Source: Octopus vulgaris (lineage: Eukaryota). Taken from it: a stretch of DNA of 64,000 nt. The first letter of the stretch is position 1; each line of letters begins with the position of its first letter. The DNA lies in the NCBI GenBank assembly GCA_951406725.2, contig OX597827.1, forward strand, positions 22,010,001 to 22,074,000. Direction: 5' to 3'. Position numbers and translations under genes: made by a program. Shown here piece by piece: positions 63,112-64,000 of this stretch. The notes beneath the pieces were generated by a model. The model saw only the letters and a program-made list of their open reading frames with translations, did no database searches and was not told the DNA's origin.

Positions 63112-64000
63112 TTAATTTTATTAAAATATTTATTAATCCTTTGATTTTCGCTTACTGTCTTCAGGGTTCAGTAAATAAAGTACCAGCCATGTATTAGGGT
63201 TGATGTGCTGTTACACAATCCAATGACAAGTACCTGTAAGGAGAAAAAAGTGATATCATCATCATTCGTCATTCAAAGTCTATGCTTGCACGGGTTGGAC
63301 TGTTTGACAAGAGCTGGCAAGCCGGGGAGCTGTTCCAGGGGTTTCATTGTCTGCTTTTGCATGGTTCCTATGGCTAGATACCCTTCCTAATGGCAACCAC
63401 TTCACATAGTGGCATCAACACTGGTGCTTTCTGCATAGCACCAGCAGGGTTGCCAAGTCACTTGCAAGATGAAGGCCTCTCAGCTGGGAGATGGAATGGA
63501 ACCAAAGGAAGTGGTGTGTGCCACATGAGAGGTTAGAGTGTAATAGAGAGACAGAGCTAGGTGGTTTACTGTAGAGGAGATACTTGGCTACCCCAAGAGG
63601 AAAATAAAGGAGAAGAAGGGGAGAGAAAGTAAGCGGGGATGAGAGAGAGATATAGATGGTGTTGGGGACACATTGGGACCTACCCTTATGGAACAGTGGG
63701 TGGGGGTGAGTATAAGTAGTACAGAGGGGATAGAGGTGAATGTTCCATGAGAGTGAGAGGGGAGGTGTTTAGAGATGAGGAAGAGGTGACTGTAGTAAGT
63801 GATGGCAAAAGAAATTGGAGTGGGTAGGAGGTGGGGTAGGGTAGATATGTGAAGGCATGGAGAGTGTGTGGGTAGGTATGTGAGGCAGAGTGGAGGGGAC
63901 CTGCAGCAGATGGTGGTCATGGGTTATGGGTAGTTTTGAAAGAGGACAGATTATGTGTGTGTGTGAGAGAGGGTGCATGGCCATAAAGGACGTTGTCTAT

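Overview
This is AT-rich, microsatellite- and transposon-dense eukaryotic DNA. The SINE, maT and Penelope repeat complement and the (TA)n/(CA)n load look like an octopod cephalopod genome (inference). Two host genes are supported, both on the + strand. The first is a complete three-coding-exon ankyrin-repeat/SOCS-box (ASB-family) gene (9053-13255, 322 aa after splicing). The second is only the first coding exon of ERGIC-53/LMAN1 (29946-30183); I could not recognise its exon 2 in the remaining 34 kb. The rest is mostly mobile DNA: three SINE families, four DD37D maT remnants, piggyBac-, hAT- and Merlin-type MITEs with target-site duplications, Helitron-type elements, RTE LINEs and Penelope-like fossils. 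The most notable structure is at 21671-23558: 3.3 apparently identical 534-bp non-coding units followed by a short inversion, embedded in (TA)n. Each full unit carries an intact type I hammerhead ribozyme on the minus strand, suggesting a young retrozyme or Penelope pseudo-LTR array that could release 534-nt, possibly circular, RNAs. At least three other unrelated hammerhead-bearing repeat families and several long fold-back palindromes (up to about 970 bp) also occur. Most of the supplied ORF track is microsatellite or repeat noise. All alignments and folds were done by eye.
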